Source: Chiloscyllium plagiosum
Lineage: Eukaryota
Assembly: GCF_004010195.1 (NCBI RefSeq)
Contig: NC_057720.1
Span: forward strand, 8,935,491 to 8,999,490
DNA length: 64,000 nucleotides
Reading direction: 5' to 3'
In this document: one piece after another, positions 1 through 12,459 of the stretch
How the letters are laid out: each line of letters starts with the position of its first letter
Numbering within the stretch: position 1 is the stretch's first letter
The notes under the pieces: generated by a model
What the model was told of the DNA's origin: nothing
The model's database searches: none
What the model saw: the letters and a program-made list of their open reading frames with translations, nothing else
Program-made: the position numbers and the translations under genes

Positions 1-235
1 TCCATCGGGTACAGATCCAGAGTCTCCAACCGCTCCTCATTTGACAAGCCTTTCATCTCCAGCAACATTCTTGTAAACACCCTCTGGACTCCCTCCAACA
101 TCAGCACATCCTTCATTACATATGATGCCCAAAACTGCTCACAATATTCAAAATTTGCTGTAACCAGAGCTCATACAGACTTAGCACAACCCTGCTCTTC
201 TGTTCTCGCTTTCTTGAAATGAATTTTGCATGGCA
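1..235 (-). mobile_element. Decayed CR1-clade LINE fragment (RT C-terminal region)
   Basis: Resembles the minus-strand CR1 copies elsewhere in the window (caacattcttgtaaacaccctctggac, cccaaaactgctcacaatattc). Confidence 0.7.
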
Positions 236-323
236 CTTACTTTCCTCTCTGCCAACTGAACCTTATACAAGACTGTAAAGGATGAAACAGACTTCAGTCA
301 TGGCATTCCATTCATTGTATCAG

Positions 324-457
324 TTCAAGTTCCTGATGAAGGGCTAATGCCTGAAGCATCGATTCTCCTGATCCTTAGATGCTGTCTGACCTGCTGTGCT
401 TTTCCAGCAACACATTTTCGACTCTGATCTCCAGTGTCTGCAGCCTTCACTTTCTCC
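324..457 (+). mobile_element. Penelope-like family 1 terminal repeat with decayed hammerhead motif
   Basis: cCTGATGAagggctaatgcctGAAgcatcgattctcc...cagccttcactttctcc; flanked by ttgtatcag direct repeats. Confidence 0.75.
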
Positions 458-689
458 CATACTTTGTATCAGAAGATTTTGGGTCCAACAACTGTTTCAG
501 AGACTTGGGAGGGGTATGAGGGAAGGCATTAGAGAAATTGTTTCCCCCACATGGTGATGAGAACAATGGCATCCTGGCATGAAAATTCATGCCACTGGCT
601 GGCGCACTGGTTCATGACCACCATCTTGCCCCTTGGTTGTTTTCCTGAGGAGAGAATGGGAACAGAGTAACTAATCAGCTATAATGTGG

Positions 690-848
690 AGGTACCAACT
701 TTCACTGCACTCATTCAAGTGCACATGACAATAAAGTCTGTTCTATTCTATTGTATTCTCTATTCTATTCTATATTCTATTCTACTTCATACTTTATTCT
801 ATATTCTATTCTATTCCATATTTTATTCTATATTCTATTCTATTCTTT
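690..848 (+). repeat. (TTCTA)n microsatellite (740-848) grown from a Rex1-like LINE 3' tail
   Basis: aactttcactgcac...acatgacaataaa followed by an imperfect TTCTA array; the tail resembles 19370-19415 and 50195-50250. Confidence 0.75.
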
Positions 849-959
849 TCTGGGGGCGGATTTGGTGTTGTGACACAATACCAATGTCTGTACAACTGAG
901 CCAATCCCATCTGCACTAGTGCATGTTGTGCTCACACCTCTGAACAGATCAATTAAAGG

Positions 960-1162
960 GGAGGCTGCCATAGTCCCAGAAAACTATCAGACTGCTCTTT
1001 CATTGTCAGGAGATGACCTGGTGGTGAGTTTAACCTGAGGGTGATCATGTTGTCGGTGAGTGGCAAGGTTAGGAAGGCAGGACCTTCATGGTAACTTCAA
1101 CTAGTGTGGACCCATGCTTATGGCATCACTTGATATCATAAACCAGCCAAGGTGAGCTAATA
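960..1162 (-). mobile_element. tRNA-derived SINE (family C), decayed
   Basis: Homologous to 36860-36915 plus 37660-37830; head reads ttagctca... on the minus strand. Confidence 0.6.
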
Positions 1163-1470
1163 AAAAATCCCCTTACAAGTTGATTAGAAAATCTGTAGAA
1201 TCTAAATGTCTAGAAAATATCTACGTCTTATTGAGCATTTGATTGTCACCTGCCAGCGAAGAAAGTATTTTCATCCCACTTACAAACTGATCTGGAACAC
1301 TTTGGGAATGGTTATCACAGCTTACCTTTATATGAATCCCTTGCTGTTGTTGATTAATTCTAGTTGCCAATACGTATTTGTCAGATCTACTTTGTTAAAG
1401 TGAGAGGTTATGTAGATTAAGCCTGCTCTGTTGGATTGTAGAGAATGAGTGGCAACGTGATTGAAACATA

Positions 1471-1795
1471 TTAGATTAGATTAGATTACTTACAGTGTGG
1501 AAACAGGCCCTTCGGCCCAACAAGTCCACACCAACCCGCTGAAGTGCAACCCACCCAGACCCATTCCCCTACATTTACCCCTTTGCCTAACACTATGGGC
1601 AATTTAGCATGGCCAATTCACCTAACCTGCACATTTTTGGACTGTGGGAAGAAACCGGAGCACCCAGAGGAAACCCACGCAGACACGGGGAGACCGTGCA
1701 AATTCCACACACAGTCAGTCGCCTGAGGCGGGAATTGAATCCGGGTCTCTGGCACTGTGAGGCAGCAGTGCTAACCACTGTGCCACCATGCCACA
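1471..1795 (-). mobile_element. HE1-type V-SINE, near full length
   Basis: tRNA head with A/B boxes (tggcacagtggttag, ggattcaattcc), V domain (tctccccgtgtctgcgtgggtttcc), CR1-like tail, (tctaa)n end. Confidence 0.9.
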
Positions 1796-2128
1796 GGTTC
1801 TTAGGGACTGGGTAGGGTATATTTGGAAAGATTGTTTCCTGTTGTGGAGAGTTTAGGAGCAGAGGGAACAATTTCAGAAAAAGGGATCACTAACTTAAGG
1901 CAGAGATGAGGAGTAATCTCTTCTCTCAGCAGTTAATGAATTAGTGGAATTCTTCACCACTGTATTCATGGCTGAGAGAAACGTATTTTTTAATCAGTAA
2001 AAGAATCAAGGGTGATGGGGAAAAGGCAGGAAAGTGGAGTTGAGGATTATCAGATCAGCTTTACTCTTATTGAATGGCAGAGCAGACTTAATGGGCTGAA
2101 TGGCCTACTTCTATTCCTACACTTTATG
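1796..2128 (+). mobile_element. Older CR1 LINE 3' fragment
   Basis: RT C-terminus/3' UTR-like sequence ending gctgaatggcctacttctattcctac; related to 11605-12140 and 59990-60335. Confidence 0.7.
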
Positions 2129-2279
2129 GGTTAATTGTGGCAGAGATATACCTGAGGCTGATAGGGTACATACTTAACCTCCCAGAAGTGTGTCGTACCG
2201 ATGTGGTAACGGACACCACAAGGTGGGAAAGATAGAACTAGTCAAAGATGGTCCAATGAAATATATCTAAGGAAGGAGT

Positions 2280-2395
2280 TAGTGAGGGCAGCAGATGCTG
2301 GAGTGAGTCGTGATGAAGGATTATGCCAGAAACATTGTGTCTTTTGCTCCTCAGATGCTGCCTGACTTGCTGTGGTTTTTTTAGCGCCAGACTCT
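2280..2395. mobile_element. Decayed Penelope-like fold-back terminal element
   Basis: Inverted tip (agtgagggcagcagatgctggag) joined to a forward gatgaaggattatgccagaaacattg... copy. Confidence 0.6.
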
Positions 2396-2504
2396 ATAAT
2401 TAAGGAGTACCTTCAAAAGTGGAACAAATATCCTGGCCCAGTTTCACTTACTAATTTTTTTTTAGCAAATTTCTCTCCAACTTAGAAGACTTTGTCCCTT
2501 TCTA

Positions 2505-3020
2505 GGATTAGTGGTGCTGGAAGAGCACAGCAGTTCAGGGCAGCATCCGAGGAGCAGTAAAATCGACATTTCGGGCAAAAGCCCTTCATCAGGAATACAG
2601 GCAGAGAGCCTGAAGGGTGGAGAGATAAGTGAGAGGAGGTTGGGGGTGGGGAGAAAGTAGCATAGAGTACAATAGGTGAGTGGGGGAGGGGATGAAGGTG
2701 ATAGGTCAGGGAGGAGGGTGGAGTGGATAGGTGGAAAAGAAGATAGGCAGGTAAGGACAAGTCATGGGGACAGTGCTGAGCTGGAAGTTTGGAACTGGGG
2801 TGAGGTGGGGGGAGGGGAAATGAGGAAGCTGTTGAAGTCCACATTGATGCCCTGAGGTTGAAGTGTTCCGAGGCGGAAGATGAGTCGTTCTTCCTCCAGG
2901 AGTCGGGTGGTGAGGGAGCAGCGGTGAAGGAGGCCCAGGACCTCCATGTCCTCGACAGAGTGGGAAGGGGAGTTGAAATGTTGGGCCACAGGGCGGTGTG
3001 GTCGATTGGTGTTTTTACCT
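2505..3020 (-). mobile_element. Penelope-like element 3' fragment (GIY-YIG C-terminus + terminal repeat with hammerhead motif)
   Basis: ORF 2762-2989 AQHFNSPSHS...LEEERLIFRLGTLQPQGINVDF matches the PLE GIY-YIG C-terminus; minus strand 2561-2596 reads CTGATGAagggcttttgcccGAAAtgtc; approximate TSD ttgtccctttcta/tagttcctttcta. Confidence 0.88.
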
Positions 3021-3185
3021 TAGTTCCTTTCTACTACAACTACTGGAACATCTAATGGGTTGCATTTTCACACATCACCTGATCATTGACTTGACCTAAC
3101 AGTGGAATGCTATTATTGCAAAATCACACTCGTCTCACCTGTCGGATTGTTACTCAGGGGTTTCTTGAATTCTAAGCAAATGAAC

Positions 3186-3378
3186 CAAAGAGCTGTGGGT
3201 GCTGGAAATCCAAAACAAAACCAGAAATTGCTGAAGAAACTGAACAAGTTCTGCAACATCAGTGGAGAGAACATTTTGGATCCAGTGAGCCTTCTTCAGT
3301 TCTGAAGGTGTTAGCTCTGCTTTCTCTCCATAGCTCCAGCCAGATCTGCTGAGTGTCTCCAGCAATTTCTGTTTTTAC
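3186..3378. mobile_element. Penelope-like family 2 fold-back element
   Basis: Inverted arms (aaaccagaaattgctg ... cagcaatttctgttttt) centred on cttcagttctgaag. Confidence 0.7.
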
Positions 3379-3597
3379 TTATTGAATGCTCCTTGTTAGA
3401 TACTAGACACTGCTACAGCTGCATCGACAATGGAGCTAAGTTGTGAGTCTCTGATTTTTATTTCTGCGTGCACACTGGAATTATATCTTCAGCCCTATTA
3501 ATCTCATCTCCTATTTGTGTTGTTCTTTGCTCTTTGACAGAGTTCACCCTTTGATCTTCCTGCACATTAACATATTTCTGTTACTATAACTCTCACG

Positions 3598-4555
3598 GAG
3601 TCATAAAATCATAGAGTCATGCAGCATGCAAGGAGATCCTTTGGTCCAACCAGTCCACACCGAATATGCTCTTAAACCAAACTAGTCCCACTTGCCTACA
3701 CTTGGCCCATGTCCCTCCAAACCTTTCCTATTCATGAACTTATCCAAATGTTTTTTTTTCTAAACTATTGTAACTGTACCTGCATCCATCACTTTCTCTG
3801 ACAGTTCATTCCACACACTAACTACTCTCTGTGAAAAAGGTACTCCACTTGTCCTTCTTAATTCTTTCTCCTCTCACCCCTGTTTTGAACTTCCCCGCCC
3901 CAGAGTAAAGATCCTTGTCATTCACCCTATCCATGTAGGAGAAAGTGAGGTCTGCAGATGCTGGAGATCAGAGCTTAAAAATGTGTTGCTGGAAAAGCGC
4001 AGCAGGTCAGGCAGCATCAAAGGAGCAGGAGAATCGATGTTTTGGGCATAAGCCCTGAAATCATGTCCCTCATGATTTTATAAACCTCAATAAGGTCACC
4101 CCTCAATCTTCTATGCTCCAATGGAAAAAGTTTCAGTCTTTCCAGATTATTTTTACATCTTAAACCCTCCATTTCTGGCAAAATCCTGCTAGATGTTTTC
4201 CTAATCCTCTCCAGTTTAATAATTCCCTTCCTGTAACAGGGTGACCAGAACTGCACACAGTTCTCCAGAAGAGGCCTCACCAATGTCCTGTACAACCTCA
4301 ACGTGACGTCCCAACTCCTATATTTAACAGTCTGCAGAATGAAGGCAAGTGTGCTAAACACCAACTTAACCACCCTCTCTGATGCAAGTTTCAAAGAATT
4401 ATGTCCCTCAACTCCTCGGTCTCTCTGCTGTACAACACTACTCAGATGCGTACCATTAATTGTACAAATCCTGTCCTTATTTATATTACCAAATGCAACA
4501 CCTCACATTTATCCAAATTAAACTCCATCTGTCACTTCTCAGCCCATTAACCCAA
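3598..4555 (-). mobile_element. HER1/CR1 LINE 3' fragment with nested PLE terminal repeat (3937-4060)
   Basis: ORF 4017-4394 LYRTLVRPLLENCVQFWSP...RRLRGDLIEVYKIM; (ctatgact)n tail; catgt duplicated around the PLE piece. Confidence 0.88.
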
Positions 4556-4869
4556 TTGTTCTCAAGGTTTTTCAGACTTTACATTTACTAATGCTTTGAC
4601 TTGTTGCATTGCAGTGACCTACTGTTTTACTGACAGTAATAACATCCCTGTTTCCTCTGTTCCTCTGTGACTTGTGGGATATGATTGGTTTTCCCACAAG
4701 AGTAGCACTTTGACTGGGAATGGTGTATTTAAAAGATTCAATGTTATGTTTCACAGTTAGAATGCAGTATACCTTAAAGAGACATACTCCTGACATCATT
4801 GCCATATGATGGTGTAAAGGTCTCAGACTTGATCCAACTAGGGCCACTTGACGCGTGACTCCTTGATGA

Positions 4870-4985
4870 TTTTTTTTTTGTTTTGTTTCCTGATCAACCT
4901 CTTCAACCACACATCTGGAACATGTGGGACTTGGTTCTGGGTCTGCTGGTCCAGAGGCAGGGACATTACCACTGCACAAGAGCCC
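4870..4985 (-). mobile_element. Short tRNA-derived SINE-like element
   Basis: Minus strand gggctcttgtgcagtggtaatgtccctgcctctggaccag...aagtcccac is tRNA-like and has an A-rich tail. Confidence 0.5.
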
Positions 4986-5054
4986 AAAGTATGCAACTGT
5001 TTGTTGCAGAACAGCTTATTATTAGCTCAGATACTAAAGTACATGATCTACAAG

Positions 5055-6352
5055 TGCAGATCAAACCCCTCTGCTAATTATAACCAAACACCCCAGAAAA
5101 TCTCACCTCACCTCATAATCCGCTAAAAGTGTGTGAGTGAAGTAGAACTCCTGATTCCCACTGTTCAAAGAAAGAGAACAATTTATTTTCCTAATTCTAA
5201 CAGTGAACACTAAACAAAAACTATTGATAAATCCAAAGCCCCCTTTTACCTAACTAATTACTATTTCACCCTAACTCTATAAAAATGCTGCTCGAATGAC
5301 ACAAATATTAAACATTATATTAACTTAATTTCTCAAAGTCCATATGCTGTCCTCTTATGCTATCCTCCTTCTGTCTTTCCGATTCTGCTGTCCTCTCCCT
5401 GGGTCACCTTCTTACATTTTACTGTTTTTATGGAAAAAGGTACCTTTTGATATATACTGCCTTCTGAGATTTCTTTGAGAGCTAGATGTTATTTCTCTGA
5501 AGGGCAGTTGCTCTGAGCAGTTTTCAAAATGTCTTGGTTATATACCCCCAACCTCATTCCCTCTCATTGGTCCGATGTTGTCAATACAATAAATTCAGCC
5601 TCAGTTGGTTTTAGTATCCTGGGCATAATTTAAATTTGAATTGTTGTCAAAACAGCAACCAAAACTCAGGTGTCCATTTAACAGCCAGTTGTCACAAAGA
5701 ACAAAGAAAGAACAAAGAAAATTTACAGCCCAGGAACAGGCCCTTCAGCCCTCCAAGCCTGAGCAGATCCAAATGTACTGTCTAAAGCTGTCGGTCAATT
5801 CCTAAGCATTTGTATCTCTCTGCTCCCCACTTACTCATGCATCTGTCCAGGCGCATCTCAAATTAATCTACCGTGCCTGCCTCTACCATCTCTGCTGGCA
5901 ACGCGCTCCAAATGCCCACCACCTTATGTGTGAAGTATTTACCACCTCTCACCTTGAAAGCATGACCTCTCATTATTGAATTCTTCACCCTGGGAAAAAG
6001 TTTGTCCCTATCCACCCTGTCTATACCCTTCATGATTTTGTAAACCTCAATCAGGTCCCCTCTCATCTCCCTTTTTCTAGTGAAAAAAAACCTAACCTAC
6101 TCAACCTCTCTTCATAGCTAGCACCTTCCATACCAGGCAACATCCTTGTAAACCTTCTCTGCACCCTCTCCAAAGCGTCCACATCCTTTTGATAATGTGG
6201 CGACCAGAACTGTACACAGTATTCGAAATGCAGCTGAACCAATATTACATGTATCTATTTTGGAACAGCTCATGTCTTAGCTGTTCTGTGTACAGGCAGG
6301 TGTGGCTGTACTTTAAATTCATACAACACTTCCTATCTTAAAGTGACCACAC
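5055..6352 (-). mobile_element. Putative solo LTR-like repeat, interrupted by a CR1 at 5697-6243
   Basis: Shares collinear motifs with 41555-42412 (tctaacagtgaaca, aaactatt, ggtacc, atgttgtcaa, ttaaagNgacNacaca); starts TG on the minus strand; the LTR assignment is inference. Confidence 0.45.
5697..6243 (-). mobile_element. HER1/CR1 LINE 3' fragment
   Basis: ORF 5863-6066 RGDLIEVYKIMKGIDRVDRDKLFP; (ttctttg)n tail. Confidence 0.88.
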
Positions 6353-6743
6353 ACTCTTTCGATTTTGTAATACTTGACACTCACCTTCAGCTATTGTCTT
6401 GCCTCAAAGCAGGGTTTTTAATACTGTTGTTTAATACTGTGAGGGAAAGGTCTCCCAGGTCAATTTCTAATCACTACACATACAGTGATGAGAGGGCTTC
6501 TTTAATTCCCAAATGCAATTTATAATAGTCTCACTTTGATAGAATGAAGTCTCGGTGAAATTTCTTTCTTTCATTCTTCACTCATGCCTTTCTGTATCCA
6601 GGATTTTATTAGTCTCACTGGCAACACTGTTTACACACAATATCATAAGCATCTGGCCCTATCACTGTGAGGAAAACATTTATTTCATCCCCTAATAATT
6701 CGTTATCAGCCAATTGTGAAATCTTCTCCAATTCTCACTCTGT

Positions 6744-7100
6744 CCCTGTAATCCTGCATTTCCCATGGCTAATCCACCCAGCCTGCACATCTCTGGACAC
6801 TATGGGCAATTTAGCATAGGTAAAAACAAGGACTGCAGATGCTGGAAACCAGAGTCTAGCTTAGAGTGGTGCTGTAAAAGCACAGCAGGTCAGGCAGCAT
6901 CTGAGGAGCAGGAAAATCGACCTTCATCAGCCCTTCATCAGCCAATCGACTTAACCTGTGTATCTTGGCAGTGTGGGAGGAAACTTACACAATCGCAGGG
7001 AGAAAATACAACTCCACACTGACAGTCACCCGAGGCTGGTATCGAACTGGGCACCTGGTGCTTTGAAATAACAGTGCTGACCACTGAGCTACTGCACCAC
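6744..7100 (-). mobile_element. HE1-type V-SINE interrupted by a PLE terminal repeat (6820-6939)
   Basis: V-SINE halves flank ggtaaaaacaaggactgcagatgctgg...cccttcatcag. Confidence 0.8.
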
Positions 7101-7461
7101 CCAACAGTCAGTCCTCTTTGTTCAGGTTGAATTGTTCTCAAGTATGTTTCAGTCCCATTTTCTTTCTTCGTTCAGTTCTGTATTGTGCTGAGCCAGTAAG
7201 CTGAGCAAGCTGTCAACCTGCTCAATCTTCCTCAAGGTCAACCTTTGGAGTTGCAAAATGAGCGTCTCCATGTTCCTCAATACTTAATTTCTCAAAGAAA
7301 ATGCGATAAAAGAAAGAATTCTGTGGCCACTGAATTTAGAACACGGAACATGGAACATAGAACACAGAACAATATAGCGCAGAATAGGCCCTTCGGCCCT
7401 CAATGTTGCACCGACCTGTGAACTAATCTAAGCCCATCTCCCTACACTATCCCATCATCAT

Positions 7462-7757
7462 GATTAGATTCCCTGCAGTGTGGAAACAGGCCCTTCAGCC
7501 CAACAAGTCCACATCAATCCTCCAAAGAGTAACCCACCCAGTCCCATTTCCCTCTTCCTAATGCACCTAACACTATAGGCAATTTAGCATGACCAATTCA
7601 TCCTAAACTGCACATCTTTGGACTGTGGGAGGAAGCCCACGCAGACACGGGGAGAATATGCAAACTCCACACAGACAGTCACCTGAGGCTGGAATCGAAC
7701 GTGGGACCCTGGTGCTGTGAGGCAGCAGTGCTAACCACTGAGCCACCATGCTGCCCC
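7462..7757 (-). mobile_element. HE1-type V-SINE nested in the CR1 3' end
   Basis: Head, V domain and tail are present; CR1 sequence resumes at 7758. Confidence 0.9.
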
Positions 7758-7908
7758 ATCCGTGTGCTTATCCAATGACTATTTAAGTGCCCTTAATGTG
7801 GCTGAGTTAACTACATTGTCAGGCAGGGCTTTCCACACCCTTACCACTCTCGTTGTAAAGAACCTGCCTCTGACATCTGTCTTAAATCTATCACCCCTCA
7901 ATTTGCAG

Positions 7909-9327
7909 CTATGCCTTCCTTGTACAAGTCAACATCATGATTCCAGGAAAAAGACTCTCACTGTCCACCCTATCTAATCCTCTGATCATCTTGTATGTCT
8001 CTATTAAATTCCCTCTTAGCCTTCTTCTCTTCAATGAGAACAGACGCAAGTTCCTCAGCCTTTCTTCATAAGACTTTCTCTCCAGACCAGGCAACATCCT
8101 GGTAAATCTCCTCTGCACCTTTTCCAATGCTTCCATATCCTTCCTGGAATGGGGTGAGCTGAACTGTACACAATATTCCAAATGACGCCGCACTAACATT
8201 TTGTATAGTTGCAGCATGACATCACAGCTCCAGAACTCAATCCCTCTACCAATAAAACCTAACACACCGTATGCCTTCTTAACAGCACTATCCACCTGGG
8301 TGGCAACTTTCAGGGATCTATGTACATGGACACCAAGATCCCTCTGCACATCCACACTATTAAGAATCTTTCCATTCACCCAGTAATCTGCCTTCCTGTT
8401 CTTCTTCCCAAAGTGAATCACCTCACATTTATCTGCATTGAACTCCACTTGCCACCTCTCAGCCCAATTCTGCAGTTTATCCAAGTCCCCCTGCAACCTG
8501 TAACATTCTACCACACTGTCTACCACTCCACCTACTTTAGTGTCATCTGTAAACTTACTAACCCATCCACCTATGCCTGTGTCCAAGTCATTTATATAAA
8601 TGACAAACAGCAGTGGTCACAAAACAGATCACTGCAGCACACCACTAGTAACCGAACTCCAGGCTGAATATTTTCCATCAGCCACCACTCGCTGTCTTCT
8701 TACAGAAAGCCAGTTTCTAATCCAAACTGTTAAATCACCCTCAATCTCATGCCTCTGCCATTTTTCTAATATCTGGATCAGTGGTGCTGGAAGAGCACAG
8801 CAATTCAGGCAGCATCCGAGGACAGGCAAAATCGACGTTTCGGGCAAAAGCCCTTTTTTACCTCATTTTTCCAATAGCCTACCATGTGGAACCTTATCAA
8901 AGGCTTTACTAAAGTCCATGCACACCACGTCAACTGCCATACCCTCATTCACATGCTTGGTCATCTTCTCAAAAAACTCAATGAGGTTTGTGAGACATGA
9001 CCTGCCCTTGATGAAACCATGTTGACTATCTGCAATCAAATTGTTGCTAGCTAGATGATTATAAATCCTATCTCTTATAATCCTTTCCAAAACTTTTCCC
9101 ACAACAGACATAAGGCTCACTGGTCTATAATTACCTGTGTCATCTCTGCTGCCCTTCTTGAACAAGGACACAACATTTGCAATCCTCGAGTCGCCTGGTA
9201 CTAAACTTGTGGACAATGACGATTCACAGATCAAGGCTAAAGTCTCTGTCATCTCCTCCCTAGCTTCCCAGAGAATCCTCAGATACATCCCAGAGGACTT
9301 GTCTACTTTCACTCCTTCTAACCTCAA
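7909..9327 (-). pseudogene. CR1 ORF2 reverse transcriptase, disrupted
   Basis: NYRPVSL, QHGFIKGRSCLTNL, DFSKAFDKVPH, KFTDDTK (FADD-like), LEYCVQF. Confidence 0.92.
8772..8863. mobile_element. PLE family 1 inverted terminal fragment nested in CR1 RT
   Basis: Inverted repeat piece plus forward ttttacct tip; TSD catttttc(t/c)aata at 8759-8771 and 8864-8876. Confidence 0.85.
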
Positions 9328-9795
9328 TCTTTTCTAGTCTAATAGCCAGTATCTCAGTCTTCTCTACAATATTCTCCTTTTCTTGAGTGAAAACAGATGA
9401 GAAATATTAATTTAGCACCTCTCCGATCTCCACAGGGTCCACACACAAGTTTCCACTTCTGTCTTTGACTGGTCCTATTCCTACCCGAGTCATCCTTTTA
9501 TTCCTTGCATATCTATAGAAAGCTTTAGGGTTCTCCTTTATTCTATTTGCTAAAGACTGCTCATGTCCCCTTCTTGCACTTTTTAACTCTCTCTTTAAAT
9601 TCTTTATAGCTAATCTGTAACTCTCCATCGCCTCATCTGAACCATCCTGTCTCAATGTCACATAGTCTCCCTCTTCCATTCAACACGAGATGCAATTCAT
9701 GTAGTAAACCATGGTTCCCTTACCTTATCACTTCCTCCCTGCCTGACAGGGAGATACCTATCAAGGACACGCAATATCTGTTCCTTAAAGCAGCT

Positions 9796-10450
9796 CTACA
9801 TTTCCATTGTCCCCATCCTCTGCATTTTGCTACCCCATTCTATGCATCCTAAGTCTTGCCTGATCACATTATAATTACCCTTGCCCCATTGATAACTCTG
9901 ACCCTGTGGCATGTACCTATCCCTTTCCATCACTAAACTAAACATGACTGAATTATGGTCACTCTCTTCAAAGTGCTCACCTACAACTAAATCAAACACC
10001 TGGCTTGGTTCATTACCAATCACCAGATCCAGTGTGGCCTCCCCTCTTGTCAGCCCTTCGACATACTGTGTCAGGAAACCCTCCTGTACACATTGGACAA
10101 AAACTAATCCATCCGACATAGGAGAGTTATAGTATTTCCAGTCAATGTTGGGGAAGTTAAAGTCCCCCATAATGACCACCCTTTGCCTTTCACTCCTACC
10201 CAGAAATGTTTTGCCAATCCTCTCCTCCACATCCCCAGAACTCTGTGGAGGCCTATAAAAAAACTCCCAGCAGTGTGACCTCTCCTCTCCTGTTTCTAAC
10301 CTCAGCCCAAACCACTTCATTCGATGAGTCCTCATCAAAAGTTCTTTCAGCTACCGTTATACTGTCCTTGACTAACAAAGCCACACTTCCCCCTCTTTTC
10401 CCGCCTTCCCTGATCTTAATTAAAAATCTAAACCCTAGAACCTGCAACAC
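9796..10450 (-). pseudogene. CR1 ORF2 apurinic-like endonuclease domain, frameshifted
   Basis: Motifs GGSVALLVK, YRPP, VVIMGDFNFPNIDW, ATLDLV, SDHN. Confidence 0.9.
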
Positions 10451-10579
10451 CCATTTATGATGGCATTGTTATCATTTAGCCTTCACAGACAACAAGAGAA
10501 ATGTCCTGATTATAAAAAAGGTCAGTAAGAAAATAATGCTTTGGCAAGTCTCATTTTAAACATCTTCATGAGCATTAAT

Positions 10580-10862
10580 GAGCAGCAAGGTGGCTTAGTG
10601 GTTAGTACTGCTGCCTCTCAGCATTAGGGACCTGGGTTCAATTCCAGCCTCAGTTGACAGTCTGCGTGGGTTTCCTCCCACAGTCCAAAGATGTGCAGGT
10701 GAGGTGGATTGGCCATTGTAAATTACCCTGCAGTGTGCAGGCTTGGTCAGTTAACCATGGTAAATGTGGGGTTGTGGGGAATCGGGTGGGGTACTTTTCA
10801 GAGGGTTGATGCAGACTTTATGGACCATTTGGCTTCTTCCTGCACTGTAGGGATTCTATTTA
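10580..10862 (+). mobile_element. Decayed HE1-type V-SINE
   Basis: ggtggcttagtggttag...gggttcaattcc...cccacagtccaaagatgtgcagg. Confidence 0.8.
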
Positions 10863-11604
10863 GTAGAAATTCTCACAGGGTAACTCAATCTTTCCTCTAA
10901 TGCACTTTCCTGTGTTGAATTGTGCAGGAGATTCTTCCTCATGGTAGAAATGTGCAGGAGTTTGCTTTACAATATGTCTTCCATTATTTGTTCACACAGT
11001 ACAAAATACCAAGTTTCAATTTTAAATATTGTTTTTTGTTACACATCTTTCATTCACTTTTTTTTATTCATAGCGACATTGTCAATACTGGGAATCTATA
11101 AACATGTTCAAATGTTGACGCAGAGAGAAGGAATTGTGCTTTTGAGCTTTGACTGACATGCCTTCAACCCACTACACTTTTAAACTGAATTATTAATGGA
11201 TTTTCACATCAATAATACTTTTCCTTCTCCTTTTGATAAGACCATCTGGCTCAGCAAGACCCTTTGCTACCATCGCCAATGCAAGGATTCAATTCCTTAG
11301 AGAGTTACATCTTTTATTGCCTCCTAGGTTTCTGTTATTACTCATACGCATGCCAATCTGTGCCACGTCTAAACTTGGTCCAGTGGGGAAATAAGCCCTT
11401 TTGACCTGATCCAGCAATAATCACAAAGGGACAGATAAATTTATTAGGCTACAGCAGAGTCATTTTTAACAAATTGAAAATATAGCTGGTATGAGAGTCA
11501 ATTGATTTGCTTTACCCTTACCAACTGAAAGATTTATTGCTTAAAAGTATAAGTTCATTGTCATGCATGTCAAAGATTCCCTTGAGAAAACTGACATGGA
11601 AATG

Positions 11605-12140
11605 TAGAAAATAGAAACATGAATAGGCCATTCAGCCCTTTGAGTCTGCTCCACCATTCAATGTAATGGATGATCATCCAACCCAGTTCCCATTTTCTCT
11701 TCATTCCCTTTGATCTGTTTACCTTGAAAAATTATATGTAATTCTTTCTTGAAAATAATCAACGTTATGGCCTCAAACACTTTCTCTGGCAGAGAATTTC
11801 ACAGGCTCACCTCTTTCTGGGTGAAGACATTTCTCCCCATCCTTTGTCCTAATTGGCCTACTCTTTATTCTTGGACTGTGATTGCTGGTTTTGGACTGTC
11901 CAGTCATTAGGAACTTCCTTCTTGCATTTATCTTGTCTAGTCCTGTTAGAATTTTATAAGTTTGCCTGAGATGCCTACTCAATCTTCTAAAATCCAGTGA
12001 ATATTTTCCTAATCAATCCAGTCTCTCTTCATACATCAATCTTGCCATCCCAAGATGCAAGCAGGTAAAACTTTGTTGTACTACCACAATCGCCAGAACA
12101 TCCTTCCTCAGGTAAGGAGACCAAAACTGCCCATAATGCA
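11605..12140 (-). mobile_element. Older CR1 LINE 3' fragment
   Basis: ORF 11773-11982 TYKILTGLDKINA; accaaaactgc motif. Confidence 0.75.
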
Positions 12141-12459
12141 ACACACTGGGATATGTTAGGTGCCATATAAATGCAGGTGCTATCTTAATTCCTTCTTCAT
12201 TTGCTGTTTTACCTTATTTGGTTATTTTGGGGCCAGAGATTTTGATTCTTTTTATTCTTAGGTCAGATCCACAGGAGTATTTGATGTCAGCAATTTATAA
12301 TGGGTGGGATAAATAGCATCCTAGATTTAAAATTCGATGTGACCCCCCCCGGGTCTCTCAAACATTTCATCAGGATGAACTGTGCCCCTTCAAGAGAAAT
12401 CATTTCAGAATGGTGCCGGCAAGTTATGTTGGATTTGTCTTATTAAAGATTCACATATA

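Larger units (their letters stand above)
7339..10455 (-). mobile_element. Long 5'-truncated HER1/CR1 LINE (ORF2: APE + RT, disrupted)
   Basis: Collinear ORF fragments from APE to RT to the (ttctatg)n tail; nested V-SINE and PLE insertions. Confidence 0.95.

Noticed and set aside
686..919. Hydrophobic ORFs at 686-919 and 52391-52699 as membrane proteins
   Set aside because: They are translations of a (TTCTA)n microsatellite and a CT-rich tract.
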